From an uncultured virus (IMG/VR IMGVR_UViG_3300029258_003428) (lineage: Duplodnaviria > Heunggongvirae > Uroviricota > Caudoviricetes), in the IMG/VR virus record IMGVR_UViG_3300029258_003428: DNA of 64,000 bases; one strand, 5' to 3'. Below the pieces are notes generated by a model. The model had not been told where the DNA came from. It was given only the letters and a program-made list of their open reading frames with translations, and made no database searches. The position numbers and the translations under genes were made by a program. This document shows positions 62,378-64,000 of this stretch, in pieces (position 1 is the first letter of the stretch; every line of letters starts with the position of its first letter).

Positions 62378-63199
62378 CTAGGCCGCCTTGCCCTTTTTGG
62401 GAACCTTCGTCTTGGGAGCCTTCGTCTTGGGCTTGGGCAGCGAGCCCTTCTGGAGCTCCTCGACGGTGAGGAACTTGACGCGGCCGAAGCCCTGGGACCT
62501 CGAGCAGCCGAAGCCGTTATCTTGCGCCAGCTGCATGCAGTAGGTCAAGAACTCCTCGCTCATCCGCTTATCCTTCGGATCGGCAAACCATATCTCGAAC
62601 TCGATGTAGGTACCGGGTTCCACGTAGTCGTGAAACTTGATCGTACTGCGCGGCCCCTGGGGGCCGATGACGTGCGCCACCGTCTCTTCATGCCCGTCCG
62701 GCTCCACCAGCCGCTTCCTGTCCGCTTCCTTGTGTCCCTTGTCGTATAGGTAGACGCGGTCTGGGTGCTCGCAGCCCCGGATGAAGAATGAGTGCTGTAA
62801 GATCTGACGAACGCCGCGGTGTACGTTGGTCAGCCCCAGCACCGTTGCGGTCTCCTTGAAGCCGGCCTTGAGTTGCCGCGTCTCCAGAAAGATGCCATGT
62901 CCTTCCGGTTCGATCTTGTCCGGCTCCGCCTTGAACCCCGTCCAGGACTTGAGCTTCGCCTTCTCGCTCTCCTCTATGTCGTCATCGGACGACATCTCCT
63001 GGACGCGGGCTCTGGCCGCCTCCACGGTCTCGTCCTTGACCAGGCCCTTGCGGTGTCGTGCCTCGAGCATGGCCAGCTCGGATTCCGGATGTTTTGGCCA
63101 GCCGCCGAGCAGCCGGTTGGCCGTGACCATTGTCACCTTGTACTTCGTGTAGATGTTGACGTCGTGTTCGCGAACTAGTTCCTCAAAAGTCCTCTCCAT
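62378..63199 (-). CDS. Cas7/RAMP-superfamily-like protein (stand-alone)
   Basis: N-terminal strand YKVTMVTANRLLGGWP; FLETRQLKAGFKE helix; HDYVEPGTYIEFEIWF strand; C-terminal Gly loop GFGCSRSQGFGRVKF; AAGGAGATC RBS. Confidence 0.8.
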   Translation of the reverse strand: MERTFEELVREHDVNIYTKYKVTMVTANRLLGGWPKHPESELAMLEARHRKGLVKDETVEAARARVQEMSSDDDIEESEKAKLKSWTGFKAEPDKIEPEGHGIFLETRQLKAGFKETATVLGLTNVHRGVRQILQHSFFIRGCEHPDRVYLYDKGHKEADRKRLVEPDGHEETVAHVIGPQGPRSTIKFHDYVEPGTYIEFEIWFADPKDKRMSEEFLTYCMQLAQDNGFGCSRSQGFGRVKFLTVEELQKGSLPKPKTKAPKTKVPKKGKAA

Positions 63200-63239
63200 T
63201 TGAGATCTCCTTGTTATTGAGGTTGTTGTGAAAGGGAGC

Positions 63240-63920
63240 TTAGCGCTCCCAAAGAATTGTGAGTTCGTCGTCCTGTACGTGGATCCATCCGCCAGACGTC
63301 TTGTTCTGGTATACTTGCACTACTTGCTGGCACCAGGGCGGCGGCGGGCCGTTCCACATGGACAAGGCCCCTTCGAGCCTGACAAACTCTCCGGCGTCAG
63401 GCTCGAAACATCCCACAGGTAGCGTGACCCGCGGCTTGGGAGTCCTGGGCGTCCCCCAGGTCTTCGATTTCGTCTTCGATTCCAGCAGCGCGATGTAGAA
63501 GTTCCTCAATGGGATACAAGCCCCTTTCTCGATCAATGTGACCTGTTTCTCTTTCCACTCGTCCTGCCACAGCTCCTCATCGATCTCGTGCAGCGTCCCA
63601 TCCCGTCCGGCTTCTACGATCTTCCCCTCGTGTAGGAAAGCGTAGAGGTTTCCTCCTTTGCACCAACCGAGGGCGGGGATCAAATCGCGCGGAACCATCT
63701 GTCCGATGTCGTCCCACTCCACCAGGTGCATGTAGAACGTTCTGTCCTCTGCACCACTCGCCCAGACCTTGCGCCCATTGACGCTGATCTTCACATGACA
63801 GAAGTGTCCCAGCTGCTTGACGCGTCCTGAGCGCTTGATGATGCCGATCATGGGCAAATCCGGTTTGGGGCCTTCAACCCCAAACCAGATCTGCTTGACG
63901 TACCAACTGTACTCACTCAC
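63240..63920 (-). CDS. hypothetical protein upstream of the RAMP gene
   Basis: GTG start with GGAG RBS; 40-bp gap to the RAMP gene; no motif recognised. Confidence 0.6.
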   Translation of the reverse strand: MSEYSWYVKQIWFGVEGPKPDLPMIGIIKRSGRVKQLGHFCHVKISVNGRKVWASGAEDRTFYMHLVEWDDIGQMVPRDLIPALGWCKGGNLYAFLHEGKIVEAGRDGTLHEIDEELWQDEWKEKQVTLIEKGACIPLRNFYIALLESKTKSKTWGTPRTPKPRVTLPVGCFEPDAGEFVRLEGALSMWNGPPPPWCQQVVQVYQNKTSGGWIHVQDDELTILWER

Positions 63921-64000
63921 GATTTTGCTCCGGGCAACCTGAGCGCCTCCAGGCGTTCACATTCATCAAGCGTGCTGGCCAGTCCGTGTTCGTTGAAAAA

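Noticed and set aside
63215..63225. Self-target: joined triplets of unit 61740-61787 (GGT GAT ATT GAG GTT GAG...) share TATTGAGGTTG with the RAMP 5' leader
   Set aside because: Only 3 of 9 triplets match fully; an 11-nt hit found by eye is not significant without a systematic gapped search
1..64000. tRNA, rRNA, integrase, transposase or reverse-transcriptase genes
   Set aside because: None recognised by eye; a tRNAscan-SE and Rfam run would be needed to exclude them formally

Overview
This window looks like part of a large, GC-rich, contractile-tailed (myovirus-type, probably jumbo) bacteriophage genome. The likely host is a deltaproteobacterium or myxobacterium, judged from an RpoD region-4 copy and a Myxococcales-type small protein. 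1-10.7 kb is a virion module: internal/head proteins, a Cys-motif neck protein, a tail-completion-like protein, a 1236-aa tail sheath and a tail tube. 10.7-18.6 kb is a mixed-strand regulatory and accessory zone with a repeated GGTATAAG promoter-like motif, an AT-rich origin candidate, a bacterial-type histone-fold gene, an H1-like wHTH+Lys-tail gene, thymidylate kinase and a lytic transglycosylase. 18.7-61.1 kb is a long + strand run of mostly small hypothetical genes, including RNase HII, RecD2, a P-loop kinase, a HAD phosphatase, a coiled-coil/sigma-70 region-4 fusion, a probable -1 frameshifted tail-assembly-chaperone pair, a TOPRIM protein, GroES, an amidase endolysin, a DnaQ exonuclease and a metalloprotease. 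The stand-out feature is at the right end. A lone Cas7/RAMP-like gene (62378-63199, -) is followed directly by a 1.1-kb non-coding array of about 33 units with the grammar GAC-(NNN-CC)n: 5-nt period, n=3-9, variable triplets and no classical CRISPR repeat. The array ends in an intrinsic terminator. This is a strong candidate RNA-guided system using a gapped (non-contiguous) guide code. All protein calls are by motif recognition by eye; no database search was run.
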